DNA of 61,247 nt from Candidatus Sumerlaeota bacterium (GCA_007133495.1 SLMS01000002.1:1-61247), one strand, 5' to 3'. Positions 8,295 through 17,623 are shown, counted from the first letter of the stretch. Notes: generated from the letters alone by a model not told the origin. A program made the numbers and translations.

Positions 8295-9766
8295 TCGGTA
8301 CTCTCCTTTTTTTCATCGCTGGTGATCCGGCGGGCCCATTCGTTGGCCGGAAGCGACCGTATGGGTTCGAGCCGCACCCGGCGTTTCCGCCGCGCCCGCG
8401 AACCGAAAAATGTCATCAGCAGTATCTTCAGGTCCAGCCAAAGCGACCAGTTTTCGATGTAATACAGATCGTAGCGCAGGCGCTGCTGGATGGACGTGTC
8501 GCCGCGCAGCCCGTGCACCTGTGCCCAGCCGGTCATGCCCGTCTTGACGGCATGGCGCGACATGTAGCGGGGGAACAGTTCGCGGAACCTGTCCACGTAA
8601 TACGGCCGTTCCGGCCGCGGGCCGACGAGCGACATGTCCCCGCGCAGAACGTTCCACAATTGGGGCAATTCATCGAGGTTCCACCGGCGCAGCCACCTGC
8701 CCACGCGCGTCGTGCGGGGGTCGTCCTGCCCGCCCCAGCCGGGCCCCTGCCTCTCCGCGTCGATGCGCATGGAGCGAAACTTGTATATCTTGAACTCGCG
8801 CTTGTCGAGGCCGAGCCGCGTCTGCTTGTAGAGTACCGGGCCGGGTGAGGAGTATTTCACCGCGATCGCGATGGCGGCCAGCAGCGGAGACAGCAGCACC
8901 AGGCCTGCCCAGGACAGCACCACGTCCACCGTCCGCTTGATGAAGGCATTTGCGCCCTGCAGCGGCGTATCCTGCATCGAATAGACGGGGACGCCGGCGA
9001 CCTCGTCGTAGTGTATGGACGAGCGCATCATTTCCACCAGCGAGGGGACGAACTGCACGCGGGCGGTTTCCTTCTCGCTGTCGATGAAAAGCTGGAAGAA
9101 CGTGTCGTTGGGGATGTCCGTTTCGGTGACGAACACTTCCTCGACGTTGTTGTCGCGGATGAGCCGGCGCAGGTCGTCCTTGCTGCCGAGGATGGGGACC
9201 CCGCCGATGCGGGCTCCCACGCGTCCGTCCTCCAGGGCCACGAAACCGACCAGCTCGTAGCCCAGCTCGGGCCGGTAGCGGCAACGGGCGGCCAGGCGCA
9301 TCGCCACCGGGCCGAGCCCCACGATCAGCACCCTCATGCGGGCGCCGCTGGTGAGCAGGAAGCGGGAGATGACCCACTGGAGCCCGACGCGCTGCGCGAC
9401 GAGCGCGGTCGAGACCGTGACAAACGTCATCGGGTAGAGGAAGCGGGAGACGTCCGCGTCGCGGAAGAAGTAGTTCCGCACGGCGATGAGCAGCACAGCC
9501 AGGGCTGAGGCGTAGAGCAGCCGGCGCGCCCGGTTGAAGCTGATCACCCGGGGGTGCGGCACCACCGCCCGGAGCATCTGCAGGCAGACCATCCAGAGCA
9601 GGAGCGCCCACCAGAACTGGTTGACGTAGTCTGTGGCGACGGTTGCGGCGGGGTCGATGCCGCTGGCGAACCGGAGCCAGTAGGCCGCCAGCAGCCCGGC
9701 CGTCACCGCCAGCGCATCGCCGAGGTATTGGAGGATCACAAACTGGTCGCGGTTGTGGCCCCTCAC
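8189..9766 (-). CDS. polyprenyl-phosphate sugar phosphotransferase (WbaP/WcaJ-type initiating transferase)
   Basis: N-terminal TM helices, a Rossmann-like RVLIVGLGPVA, and a Bac_transf domain (KRTVDVVLS...YKFRSMR...DPRTTRVGRWLRRWNLDELPQLWNVLRGDMSLVGPRP). The 3' 69 codons look like a read-through tail that overlaps the SDR gene. Confidence 0.85.
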   Translation of the reverse strand: MRGHNRDQFVILQYLGDALAVTAGLLAAYWLRFASGIDPAATVATDYVNQFWWALLLWMVCLQMLRAVVPHPRVISFNRARRLLYASALAVLLIAVRNYFFRDADVSRFLYPMTFVTVSTALVAQRVGLQWVISRFLLTSGARMRVLIVGLGPVAMRLAARCRYRPELGYELVGFVALEDGRVGARIGGVPILGSKDDLRRLIRDNNVEEVFVTETDIPNDTFFQLFIDSEKETARVQFVPSLVEMMRSSIHYDEVAGVPVYSMQDTPLQGANAFIKRTVDVVLSWAGLVLLSPLLAAIAIAVKYSSPGPVLYKQTRLGLDKREFKIYKFRSMRIDAERQGPGWGGQDDPRTTRVGRWLRRWNLDELPQLWNVLRGDMSLVGPRPERPYYVDRFRELFPRYMSRHAVKTGMTGWAQVHGLRGDTSIQQRLRYDLYYIENWSLWLDLKILLMTFFGSRARRKRRVRLEPIRSLPANEWARRITSDEKKESTECQKGVSLREGLPGLAAQAGASGGPSRSGSQEQGR

Positions 9767-10884
9767 CCAAGAAACCTCGCTTCTTCTCTAATCCAGTCGA
9801 GAGTGGCGGTGCGGAAAGCGTGTGGGGAGAACGTCTCCGCGTGACGCCTTATTACCCCCGGGTCATAAGCGGAGTCTTGGTGCCCGTCCATGAGCCTAGC
9901 AAGGCTTTTGGCCGTTGGGCGGTGGAAAAACCTGCCGGTGACCCCTTCCACGACCGTTTCGAGGGCGCCGCCCTTGGCCAGTGCGAGCACCGGCCGGCCG
10001 CAGGCCTGCGATTCCAGTGCCGTGATGCCGAAATCCTCCACTCCCGGGTAGATCAGCGCTTTGGCCCGCCGGTAGAGCGAGCAAAGCTCCTGATCGGTCA
10101 CGGCTCCGGTGAACTGCACCGTGTTGCCGGCGAGCCGGCGGAGCCGTACCTCCTCCGGGCCTGTTCCTGCCACCACCAGCCGCTGGCCGGTGTGGTTCGC
10201 GGCCCGGATGGCCCTGTCCACCTTCTTATAGGGCACGAGGGCGGCAACGACCAGGAAAAAGTCCTCCGGGGGGTGGTCGTCCCCCGGAGTGAAGCGCTGG
10301 AGGTCCACCGGTGGATGGATCGTGCGGGCTTCGCGGCCCCAGAAGCTCTTGAGCTTGCCTGCCACGTGGGCCGAGTCCGCCGCGAACGAGTCCACGCGCT
10401 GGCTGCTCTCCCTGTCCCAGCGCTGCAACCGGCCGCGGAAGAGCCGCATCGCCGCGTTCTTCAGCGGATTGGCCGAGAGGTAATCCTCGAAGTGGTCCCA
10501 AACGTAGCGCATCGGGGAGAAGACGTAGGAGAGGTGCAGTCCCCGCCGCGGCCGGGGAGTCCCTTTCGCCACGCAATGGCTCAGCGAGATGACCAGGTCG
10601 TATTCGCGGGTGGGCAGCCGCTCGGCGAAGTGTGGCATCACCGGCAGGAGCGAGCGGTAGGCTCGCGCTATCCCCGGCAGCCGGCCGAACGGCGATTCCA
10701 CTACCCGCATTGAGCGGATGGTGGAGCTGACTGCGTGTGGCTCGTAGATGAGTGTGTGAAGGTGGGCCTTGGGGAAGAGGCGGCAGAACTCTTCGAGGAC
10801 GCGCTCACCTCCCCGCATCCCCGTCAGCCAGTCGTGGACGAGGGCAACACGGCATTCCTCCGGGAGCGCCTCGTGTCCCTCCAT
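9763..10884 (-). CDS. glycosyltransferase family 4 (GT-B, group 1)
   Basis: A C-terminal GT1 signature (FLVVAALVPYKKVD...YPGVEDFGITALESQACGRPVLA). There is a 4-nt overlap with the downstream transferase. Confidence 0.85.
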   Translation of the reverse strand: MEGHEALPEECRVALVHDWLTGMRGGERVLEEFCRLFPKAHLHTLIYEPHAVSSTIRSMRVVESPFGRLPGIARAYRSLLPVMPHFAERLPTREYDLVISLSHCVAKGTPRPRRGLHLSYVFSPMRYVWDHFEDYLSANPLKNAAMRLFRGRLQRWDRESSQRVDSFAADSAHVAGKLKSFWGREARTIHPPVDLQRFTPGDDHPPEDFFLVVAALVPYKKVDRAIRAANHTGQRLVVAGTGPEEVRLRRLAGNTVQFTGAVTDQELCSLYRRAKALIYPGVEDFGITALESQACGRPVLALAKGGALETVVEGVTGRFFHRPTAKSLARLMDGHQDSAYDPGVIRRHAETFSPHAFRTATLDWIREEARFLG

Positions 10885-10890
10885 TGTGTT

Positions 10891-11136
10891 TTAGTTGTTG
10901 GAGCGGTAGTCCTCGCCGCTGCCTGTCAGGTGATGGCGGAACTCGAACTCAAGCAGGTCGTTCTGGTATTCGTTGACGGCCACGTCCACCGGATCGGGCA
11001 TTTCCTCGTCGTAAAGTCCGGTGTTGGCGCGCCGGCGATTCAGTTCCCGGGCCCGGCGGGCCAGGATGTTGATCGCCATGTAGAGCCCATCCCCGGCGGG
11101 GAGTTCTCTTTCTTCGATTTTCTTTGTATCGATCAT
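10891..11136 (-). CDS. rpoZ: RNA polymerase omega subunit-like protein
   Basis: 81 aa. LYMAINILARRARELN matches the RpoZ core (xYxLxxxAxxRARxL), and PVDVAVNEYQNDLL resembles the second conserved helix. Confidence 0.6.
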   Translation of the reverse strand: MIDTKKIEERELPAGDGLYMAINILARRARELNRRRANTGLYDEEMPDPVDVAVNEYQNDLLEFEFRHHLTGSGEDYRSNN

Positions 11137-11343
11137 GCGGTGGCTCCTCCACGAAAGCGGCGGGTATTCGGCGGAGGCAGGTGGCCCATGTCAAGCCCTC
11201 GTTCGGCAATTCTGCGAAGCGGCAGGAGCTTTCCGTTCTGCCGCTCGACCATGTGGGGGGCTCCGGCCGAAGGGAATCATCCGCCGATTTCACCGATTCA
11301 CGCCGATGGGGGGCTGACGTGCGGCTCCGCTGGTGGAGTATGT

Positions 11344-11425
11344 GTCGCCCTTTCAGGGCTCTGGTCCCTTTCGGACTTCTACCCAGGGCGTTGCCCTGGG
11401 CTATCATCCCGCGCCCCGTTGGGGC
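11344..11425 (+). repeat. REP-like multi-hairpin element, copy A
   Basis: Four consecutive short hairpins: gccc-tttca-gggc (11347-59), gtcc-ctttc-ggac (11364-76), cccagggc-gttg-ccctggg (11382-11400) and gcccc-gtt-ggggc (11413-25). Confidence 0.65.
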
Positions 11426-11477
11426 TTTTCCTGCTGGTCAGCCGGCGGTTGGGGCTTTTCTTGGTGGTCAGCCGGCG
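11418..11477 (+). repeat. 30-nt tandem direct repeat, 2 copies
   Basis: gttggggcttttcctgctggtcagccggcg is followed by gttggggcttttcttggtggtcagccggcg, with 2 mismatches. Confidence 0.8.
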
Positions 11478-11574
11478 TGAAGGTGCTGTGCTGGTCCTCC
11501 GCTGGCAACACCATGGCAGCCGGTGGCCAGCCGGTGAACGGGGCTGAAGAACACTGCTGCAGCTCGCATCGGGC

Positions 11575-11654
11575 GGCCCAACGGGCCAAAGTATGACAGC
11601 CCCGGGCAACGCCCGGGGAAGCTGGTCCCGCCGCGCATGACGCCCTGAAGGGGC
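11575..11654 (-). repeat. REP-like multi-hairpin element, copy B (inverted relative to A)
   Basis: ggccc-aac-gggcc (11575-87), ccccgggc-aacg-cccgggg (11600-18) and gccc-tgaag-gggc (11642-54) are the reverse-complement counterparts of the copy A hairpins, in reverse order. Confidence 0.6.
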
Positions 11655-11737
11655 ACAACAAAGGCACGGCGAATCCCTCTGAAGAGGCAGGGGTTGCATG
11701 ATCTCGGAGAGGCCGGGTTGCGCGCTGGCGGAGGGGA

Positions 11738-12136
11738 TCAGTCTCCGCGCAGGGCCACCAGTTCTTCGCGGATGGTGCGGAGCGATTCGCGGAGGGTTTC
11801 AAGGTTGGCGGCCGGAGCGGCACCGTTCTTTTCCGCCCCGTCCGGGCCGAACTCGGCTTCCATGGCTTTGGAGCGGCCGTTCTTCCTGCCCTTGCGGAGC
11901 TGCTCCACCGCCCCGGCGATGGTGAATTTCTCCTCGTAGAGCAGGTGGCGGATGCGCAGGAGCAGGTCGATGTCCTTGCGGCGGTAACGGCGCTCGTCGT
12001 TGCCGCAACGCTCGGGCCGGAGCATGGGGAACCGCGTTTCCCAGTAGCGGAGCACGTAGGCCTCAACGCCAACGATTTCCGCCACCTCGGTTATGCGGTA
12101 GAAGAGCTTTTTCGGAATGGAGCGAGCCGGTTTCAT
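11738..12136 (-). CDS. MerR-family transcriptional regulator
   Basis: N-terminal HTH YRITEVAEIVGVEAYVLRYWETRF...RRYRRKDIDLL, followed by a coiled-coil C-terminus. Confidence 0.85.
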   Translation of the reverse strand: MKPARSIPKKLFYRITEVAEIVGVEAYVLRYWETRFPMLRPERCGNDERRYRRKDIDLLLRIRHLLYEEKFTIAGAVEQLRKGRKNGRSKAMEAEFGPDGAEKNGAAPAANLETLRESLRTIREELVALRGD

Positions 12137-12264
12137 CAGGAGAGCGTCCTTTCAGCGGTATCTCGGCTGCCCGGTTTTTTCGGACCGGTCGAGGCACGCT
12201 CCTGCGACCGTACAACGGCAAGATCAAAATCGGCTGCGGTGAAAAACGGGGGTTTTTTCCCGGC

Positions 12265-13611
12265 TCACTCCATGCAGACGGTCTTCAGGTTGGTGAATTC
12301 GAGGATGCCCTCGCGGCCAAGTTCACGGCCGAAGCCGGACTGCTTGGTGCCTCCGAACGGGAGGCGCGGCTCGGACTTCACCATGGAGTTCACGAAGACG
12401 TTCCCGGCTTCGATGCGTGGAATGAGGCGCTGTGCGCGGTCTGCGTTGGCGGTCCAGAGCGAGGCACCGAGGCCGTACTCCGTGTCGTTGGCGAGCGCCA
12501 GCGCGTCGTCCTCGTCCTCGAAGGGGATCACGGTGGCGGCCGGGCCGAAGAGTTCCTCGCGTGCAGCGGGGGAGTCCGCCGGGATGTCCCCGATAACCGT
12601 TGCGGGGAAGTAGAACCCCCGTGTGGGCACTTCCGATGCCTGTGCGAGGATGCGGCCGCCGCGGGCGAGCGTGGCTTCCACCTGCCCTCGAAGCGCATCG
12701 CGCAGGTCCTTGCGGGCGAGCGGTCCGATCTTCGTTTCGGGGTCGAGCGGGTCGCCGGCCTTCTGGTTCTGCATCGCCTCGCAGAAGGGCCCCACAAACC
12801 GGTCCCACGCGGAGCGCTGCACGAGGAAGCGCTTGGCGGCAATGCAGCTCTGGCCGCTGTTCACGCAGCGTGAGGCGATGGCCGTCTGGACTGCGTCCTC
12901 CATGCTGGCGTCCTCGAAGACGATGAAGGGGTCACTCCCGCCGAGTTCGAGCACGACGGGCTTGAGCGCGGCCCCGGCCGTGGCGGCGACGCTGCGTCCG
13001 GCGCGGGTGCTGCCGGTCAGAGTGACTGCGGCCACCCGGGGATCAGCGATGACACCGGCAGCCTGCTCGTTTTCGAGGAAGAGGTTCTGGAAGACGCCTT
13101 CGGGCGCGCCGGCCTCGCGGAAGAGCTCCACCAGCCGGAGCGCGCAGCGCGGGGTGTTCGGCGCGTGCTTGAGGATGATGGTGTTTCCGGCTGCGAGGGC
13201 TGCCGCGCCGAAACGAAAGAGCTGCCAGAAGGGGAAGTTCCACGGCATGATGGCCAGGACGGGGCCGAGCGGCTCGGGGCGGACGCGGCCGGAGGAAGTG
13301 GGTAAGAGGTATTCCTCGGCGTGTTCGGCGTAGTGGCGGCAGGCGGCGGCGCATTTGCGCGACTCGGTCTCGCCCTGGAGCGAGGGTTTGCCCATCTCTT
13401 CGGCCATGAGGCGTGCGTGTACGGCGGCGTTGCGCTCGAGGAGGTCCGCCAGGCGGAGGAGGAGTTCGAGCCGGTGGCGAAGGGGCACCTGGCGCCAGTT
13501 GCGGAACCCGGCAGCAGCGGCACCGAGCGCCATATCCACCTCGGAGGCGCTGGCGGTGGGGAACTCCTGGAGGAGTTCTTCGGTATGTGGGTTGATGCTG
13601 CGGTAGTCCAT
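12265..13611 (-). CDS. NAD(P)-dependent aldehyde dehydrogenase (succinate-semialdehyde dehydrogenase-like)
   Basis: 448 aa. ALDH motifs are present: LELGGSDP (catalytic Glu region), SGQSCIAAKR (catalytic Cys), and the size class of the Sad/GabD-like group. Confidence 0.85.
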   Translation of the reverse strand: MDYRSINPHTEELLQEFPTASASEVDMALGAAAAGFRNWRQVPLRHRLELLLRLADLLERNAAVHARLMAEEMGKPSLQGETESRKCAAACRHYAEHAEEYLLPTSSGRVRPEPLGPVLAIMPWNFPFWQLFRFGAAALAAGNTIILKHAPNTPRCALRLVELFREAGAPEGVFQNLFLENEQAAGVIADPRVAAVTLTGSTRAGRSVAATAGAALKPVVLELGGSDPFIVFEDASMEDAVQTAIASRCVNSGQSCIAAKRFLVQRSAWDRFVGPFCEAMQNQKAGDPLDPETKIGPLARKDLRDALRGQVEATLARGGRILAQASEVPTRGFYFPATVIGDIPADSPAAREELFGPAATVIPFEDEDDALALANDTEYGLGASLWTANADRAQRLIPRIEAGNVFVNSMVKSEPRLPFGGTKQSGFGRELGREGILEFTNLKTVCME

Positions 13612-13959
13612 GGGGTGGCTCCCTTGGGATGCTCGGTGCCGGGCCGGTGCACCGGGCGTGCCGAAAAGGGCGGGCAGGACGCTTTCATTACCGGCATCTT
13701 TTCGTTGCGCTGCAGTCTCGGGCCTCGGTCATGTACGGAGGTACACTCCGCTCCGGCCCTTGCCTTGCGTCGCCTCGATCCTGGCGCGTAGCAGAACGCC
13801 CTGTCAGCCCTCTACCGGAGTTTGAGAACACCCCAAAAAGGGGTGCCGCAAGCAAAGATTGCGCTTGCATTCGGCGGGGTGGTTCCGCTGACTCGTAGGC
13901 CCTTCACGAGGAGGACCTCCCTCGTGAGATGTGCTCCCATGCGCGCCGGCGGCACCAGC

Positions 13960-14035
13960 AGGGGTATAGCTCAATTGGTAGAGCAGCGGTCTCCAAAACC
14001 GCAGGTTGGGGGTTCGAGTCCCTCTGCCCCTGCCA
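13960..14035 (+). tRNA. trnW: tRNA-Trp (anticodon CCA), CCA end encoded
   Basis: Manual fold: acceptor AGGGGTA/TGCCCCT, D arm GCTC-AATTGGTA-GAGC, anticodon arm GCGGT-CTCCAAA-ACCGC, T arm GGGGG-TTCGAGT-CCCTC, discriminator G plus CCA. It sits at the canonical position upstream of secE-nusG. Confidence 0.95.
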
Positions 14036-14110
14036 CCGCCCGCCCCTTGAGGGCGTGGCACGGGTCCCGGCGGGAGAAGTGCTTCATGCAAAGGATAACG
14101 AGCGAGCCGG

Positions 14111-14323
14111 ATGGCTGAAAAAATCGGATTCTTCGACAAGGTCAGGATATTCTTCGGCGAAGTGCGCACGGAGATGGGCAAGGTCGTCTGGCCGACGCAG
14201 GAACAGGTAAAGACCTACACCATCATCGTTCTGGTGGCGGCGGCAATACTCTCCACCGTGATCGGCATCTGGGATATCGGCGTCACGCGGGTGGTGAGCT
14301 ACCTGCTGAGCTTCGGGACATGA
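14111..14323 (+). CDS. secE: preprotein translocase subunit SecE
   Basis: 70 aa. The motif EVRTEMGKVVWPT is followed by a single TM helix. Conserved synteny with nusG. Confidence 0.9.
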   Translation: MAEKIGFFDKVRIFFGEVRTEMGKVVWPTQEQVKTYTIIVLVAAAILSTVIGIWDIGVTRVVSYLLSFGT

Positions 14324-14399
14324 TTTCGCCCTTTTCCGGACAACTGCTCCGGGTGCCGGCAAGGATACCGGCCCCCGGGAAGGCACCCAAGGAACCAAC

Positions 14400-14927
14400 G
14401 TGAACTGGTACGCCATCTACACTCACTCCAGCTTCGAGCGCAAAGTGAAGCGCGACATCGAGCACCGCGCCTCCATCGAGGGGCTGCGGGGCAAGCTGGG
14501 CGAGATTATCATCCCCGAGGAGAAGACCGTCGAGGTCAAGGACGGCAAGAAGCGCGAGAGCACCCGCAACTTCATGCCCGGGTATGTTTTCATCAGCATG
14601 GACCCGGACGAGGAGCTGTTCAAGATGATCCGGGAGATCAACGGTGTCTCCCAGTTCGTGGGTGCCGATGACAAGCCGTCGGTCCTCAGCGAGGAAGAGG
14701 TGAAGAATGTCCTCGGGCTGATCGAGGACAAGAAGGACAAGCCCAAGCCGGAAATCCGCTTCCGCAGGGGCGACAAGGTAAAGGTGATCCAGGGGCCGTT
14801 CTCCAACTTCACTGGAGAGGTGGCCGAGATCGACCACGAGCGGGCCCGGCTGCGGGTGAACGTCAAGATTTTCGGGCGTGACACGCCCGTGGACGTGGAC
14901 GTCCTCGAGGTGGATACCGCCAAGTAG
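14400..14927 (+). CDS. nusG: transcription termination/antitermination factor NusG
   Basis: WYAIYTHSSFERKVK marks the NGN domain, and the C-terminal KOW is GDKVKVIQGPFSNFTGEV. The start is GTG. Confidence 0.95.
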   Translation: MNWYAIYTHSSFERKVKRDIEHRASIEGLRGKLGEIIIPEEKTVEVKDGKKRESTRNFMPGYVFISMDPDEELFKMIREINGVSQFVGADDKPSVLSEEEVKNVLGLIEDKKDKPKPEIRFRRGDKVKVIQGPFSNFTGEVAEIDHERARLRVNVKIFGRDTPVDVDVLEVDTAK

Positions 14928-14996
14928 GACCCGCCCTGCGGGGAAGCAGCGCACGCGAGCAGCCCCCGGGCGCCGCGATCAAACTGGAGAGAGAAC

Positions 14997-15428
14997 ATGG
15001 CGAAGAAGGTAGTTGCCCAGGTCAAGTTGCAGTGCCCGGCCGGAGCCGCCAACCCCGCGCCGCCCGTCGGCCCGGCCCTCGGCCAGCACGGCCTGAACAT
15101 CATGGACTTCTGCAAGCAGTTCAACGCGCGCACGAACAAGCCCGAACTCAAGGGGCTTGTGGTGCCGGCGCTGATCACGGTCTTTTCCGACCGCTCGTTC
15201 ACCTTCGAGCTGAAGACTCCGCCGGCACCGGTGCTGTTGCTTCGCGCCGCGGGCATCCAGAAAGGCTCGGGCGTCCCCAACAAGGACAAGGTGGGCAAGG
15301 TCACCAAGGCGCAGCTTCAGGAAATCGCGGAGATGAAGATGCGGGACCTCAACGCCGGCAGCATGGAGACGGCCATGTCCATGGTCGCCGGTACCGCCCG
15401 CAGCATGGGGCTCGACGTCAAGGACTGA
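14997..15428 (+). CDS. rplK: 50S ribosomal protein L11
   Basis: [43 protein letters not shown] is canonical L11. Confidence 0.97.
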   Translation: MAKKVVAQVKLQCPAGAANPAPPVGPALGQHGLNIMDFCKQFNARTNKPELKGLVVPALITVFSDRSFTFELKTPPAPVLLLRAAGIQKGSGVPNKDKVGKVTKAQLQEIAEMKMRDLNAGSMETAMSMVAGTARSMGLDVKD

Positions 15429-15530
15429 GGGCCGCCGGCCCTCGACGCTCCCGCCGCAACGCCGCGGGAGAGATACTAGTGGGAGGGAACGCCCCGCGGG
15501 GCCTCCCGTCCGGACCACAGGAGAAAAAGC

Positions 15531-16229
15531 ATGCCGAAGCACGGGAAGAAGTACCTCGAACGGGCGAAGCTCGTTGACCGCACGAAGCTCCACACGGCGG
15601 AGGACGCGGTCGAACTCCTTCGAAAGCTGGTTTACGCAAAGTTCCCCGAAACTGTGAGTCTGGACGTGCGGCTGGGCGTTGATCCGCGCAACGCCGAGCA
15701 GCAGGTGCGCGGCACGGTCAGCCTGCCCCACGGCACGGGCAAGACAGTGCGGGTGGCCGTGTTCGCCAAGGGCGACAAGGTGCGCGAGGCCGAGGAGGCC
15801 GGCGCGGACGTGGTCGGCGGAGACGATCTGGCGGAGAAAATCCAAGGCGGGTTCCTGGACTTCGACGCGGCGATCGCCACGCCGGACATGATGCGGGTGG
15901 TGGGCAAGCTTGGCAAGGTGCTCGGCCCCCGCGGGCTGATGCCCAACCCCAAGGCGGGCACGGTGACGATGAACGTGAAGGAGGCGGTGGAGGCGCTCAA
16001 GGCCGGGCGCGTGGAGTACCGGCTCGACCGCTACGGGATCGTTCACGTGCGCGTTGGGACGGTGGAGTTTGAGGACAACCAGCTCGTGGAGAACGTGAAG
16101 GCGTTGCTGGCTGCGCTGATCAAGGCGCGCCCCGCCGCCGCGAAGGGGAAGTACGTCCGTTCGATCGCGCTCTCCAGCACGATGAGCCCCGGCATCCGGC
16201 TCGACCCCGCGTCGGTTGGCGCGGAGTAG
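15531..16229 (+). CDS. rplA: 50S ribosomal protein L1
   Basis: Canonical L1 sequence ([23 protein letters not shown]) in the expected synteny. Confidence 0.97.
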   Translation: MPKHGKKYLERAKLVDRTKLHTAEDAVELLRKLVYAKFPETVSLDVRLGVDPRNAEQQVRGTVSLPHGTGKTVRVAVFAKGDKVREAEEAGADVVGGDDLAEKIQGGFLDFDAAIATPDMMRVVGKLGKVLGPRGLMPNPKAGTVTMNVKEAVEALKAGRVEYRLDRYGIVHVRVGTVEFEDNQLVENVKALLAALIKARPAAAKGKYVRSIALSSTMSPGIRLDPASVGAE

Positions 16230-16542
16230 CCCGGCCGCAGAGATTTCCGCCCGGCGGGTTTGCCTGCCGGTGCGATGAACAGAGGTTTTCGTTCCCCCAG
16301 GCGGGGAGCGAAGCCCGCAAGGCCCGAGAAAGCGGGATGGACGCGGCGGAGTTCCGGCTCGCCGCACCGTAAGTGGCCCCTCACGGTGAGGTGCCTTCCC
16401 GCCGAGGCCCGCGTCACGTCGAAGCGACGCTCTCCCCCTGCCGCGATTCCTGGTGGCTGGCGGATTCCCTTCGGCTGTCCGGGCACTCCTTCATCGAAGG
16501 GCCCGGGCAACCCACACCAGGCCGAAGGGAGGTGAAGAATCC
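16230..16542 (+). promoter_or_regulatory. candidate L10(L12) leader / rplJL 5' UTR
   Basis: A 313-nt structured GC-rich spacer sits where the autoregulatory L10 leader lies in many bacteria. Several local hairpins are visible, for example gcgtc...gacgc. I did not verify a covariance-model match. Confidence 0.3.
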
Positions 16543-17112
16543 ATGGCCAAACCAGGAAGAGAGGCGCGCAAGCGCCGGGGGCTCGCCCCGAAAGAAGCCG
16601 TTGTCGCTTTCGCTGCTGGTCTGATCGAAAAGGGACACGGTTTTTTGTTGTGCAACAACAAGGGGGTGACCTTGGCGGAGGCGACGGCGCTCCGCGCCAA
16701 GCTGCGCGAGAACAACGTCGCCCTGAAGGTCGTCAAGAACACGCTCCTCAAACGTGCTCTGGAGAAGAACGGCATCGATCCCGGGCAGTTCGGGACGCTG
16801 CTGACCCGCGAGACGGTGCTGGCCGTCGGGCTCGAGGATCCGGTCGTGCCGGCGAAACTGATCGCCGAGTTCTGCAAGAAGAACGAGCGGTTTGAGATCA
16901 AGGGCGGTTATCTTGACGGCGCGGTGCTCGACGCGGCGAAGGTGCAGGAGCTGGCCCAGCTTCCGGGACGCGAGGAGCTTCTCCAGCGTTTCCTCGGCAG
17001 CCTGCAGGCGCCGGCGCAGAACTTTGTCTTCGCTCTCAACGCAACCGTGTCCAACCCCGTTTACGTGTTGGACGCCATCCGCAGGAAGAAGGAGGAGGAG
17101 GAGGCTGCCTGA
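16543..17112 (+). CDS. rplJ: 50S ribosomal protein L10
   Basis: The start is taken at MAKPGREARK (16543), behind gggagg. The listed ORF starts at 16453. The L10 body includes LRAKLRENNVALKVVKNTL. Confidence 0.9.
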   Translation: MAKPGREARKRRGLAPKEAVVAFAAGLIEKGHGFLLCNNKGVTLAEATALRAKLRENNVALKVVKNTLLKRALEKNGIDPGQFGTLLTRETVLAVGLEDPVVPAKLIAEFCKKNERFEIKGGYLDGAVLDAAKVQELAQLPGREELLQRFLGSLQAPAQNFVFALNATVSNPVYVLDAIRRKKEEEEAA

Positions 17113-17217
17113 GGCACCGGCCTTGGTCGCTTCCCCCACGAAACCCCGAACCCCCAGCGCGTGGCGCTGCCGCGCCGCGTTCAAAATACGCAGCCAAGAT
17201 CAAGGAGATCGACACTC

Positions 17218-17598
17218 ATGGCTCTTACCAACGAAGAAATCATCGAGGCCCTGAAGGGCAAGACACTGATGGAAGTCGCCGACCTTGTGAAGATGGCCGA
17301 GGAGACCTTCGGCGTCAGCGCCGCCCCGGTGGCGGTGGCGGGTGCCGCCCCTGCCGGCGGGGGTGAAGCGGCCCCTGCAGAGGAGAAGACCGAGTTCACG
17401 GTGGTGCTCAAGGACCCGGGCAAAGAGAAGATCAAGGTCATCAAAGAGGTCCGGGCCATCACGAGCCTGGGCCTGAAGGAAGCGAAGGACCTCGTGGAGG
17501 GCGCGCCGAAGGAAGTGGCGAAGGACGTCTCCAAGGAGGACTCGGAGAAGTTCAAGAAGCAGCTTGAGGACGTGGGAGCCGTCGTCGAGGTCACGTAA
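17218..17598 (+). CDS. rplL: 50S ribosomal protein L7/L12
   Basis: The start is at [13 protein letters not shown] (17218), behind aaggag. An Ala/Pro hinge is present, and the C-terminal domain is [24 protein letters not shown]. Confidence 0.95.
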   Translation: MALTNEEIIEALKGKTLMEVADLVKMAEETFGVSAAPVAVAGAAPAGGGEAAPAEEKTEFTVVLKDPGKEKIKVIKEVRAITSLGLKEAKDLVEGAPKEVAKDVSKEDSEKFKKQLEDVGAVVEVT

Positions 17599-17623
17599 GG
17601 TTGGCGGTCCAACCGCTCTGCGG

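Noticed and set aside
11308-11340. GGGGCTGAC... resembling the 5' end of tmRNA, in the long spacer.
   Set aside because: I found no matching tRNA-like 3' end (T-arm plus ACCA), no resume codon or tag ORF, and no pseudoknot region downstream. The similarity is limited to about 9 nt.
11418-11477. The 30-nt direct repeat considered as a possible CRISPR array.
   Set aside because: There are only two abutting copies, with no spacers between them. No further repeats and no cas genes occur anywhere in the window.
13960-14035. tRNA-Trp considered as a possible integration site for a genomic island.
   Set aside because: It is followed immediately by the universally syntenic secE-nusG-rplKAJL-rpoBC block. 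There is no integrase, no direct repeat of the tRNA 3' end, and no compositional break that I could see.
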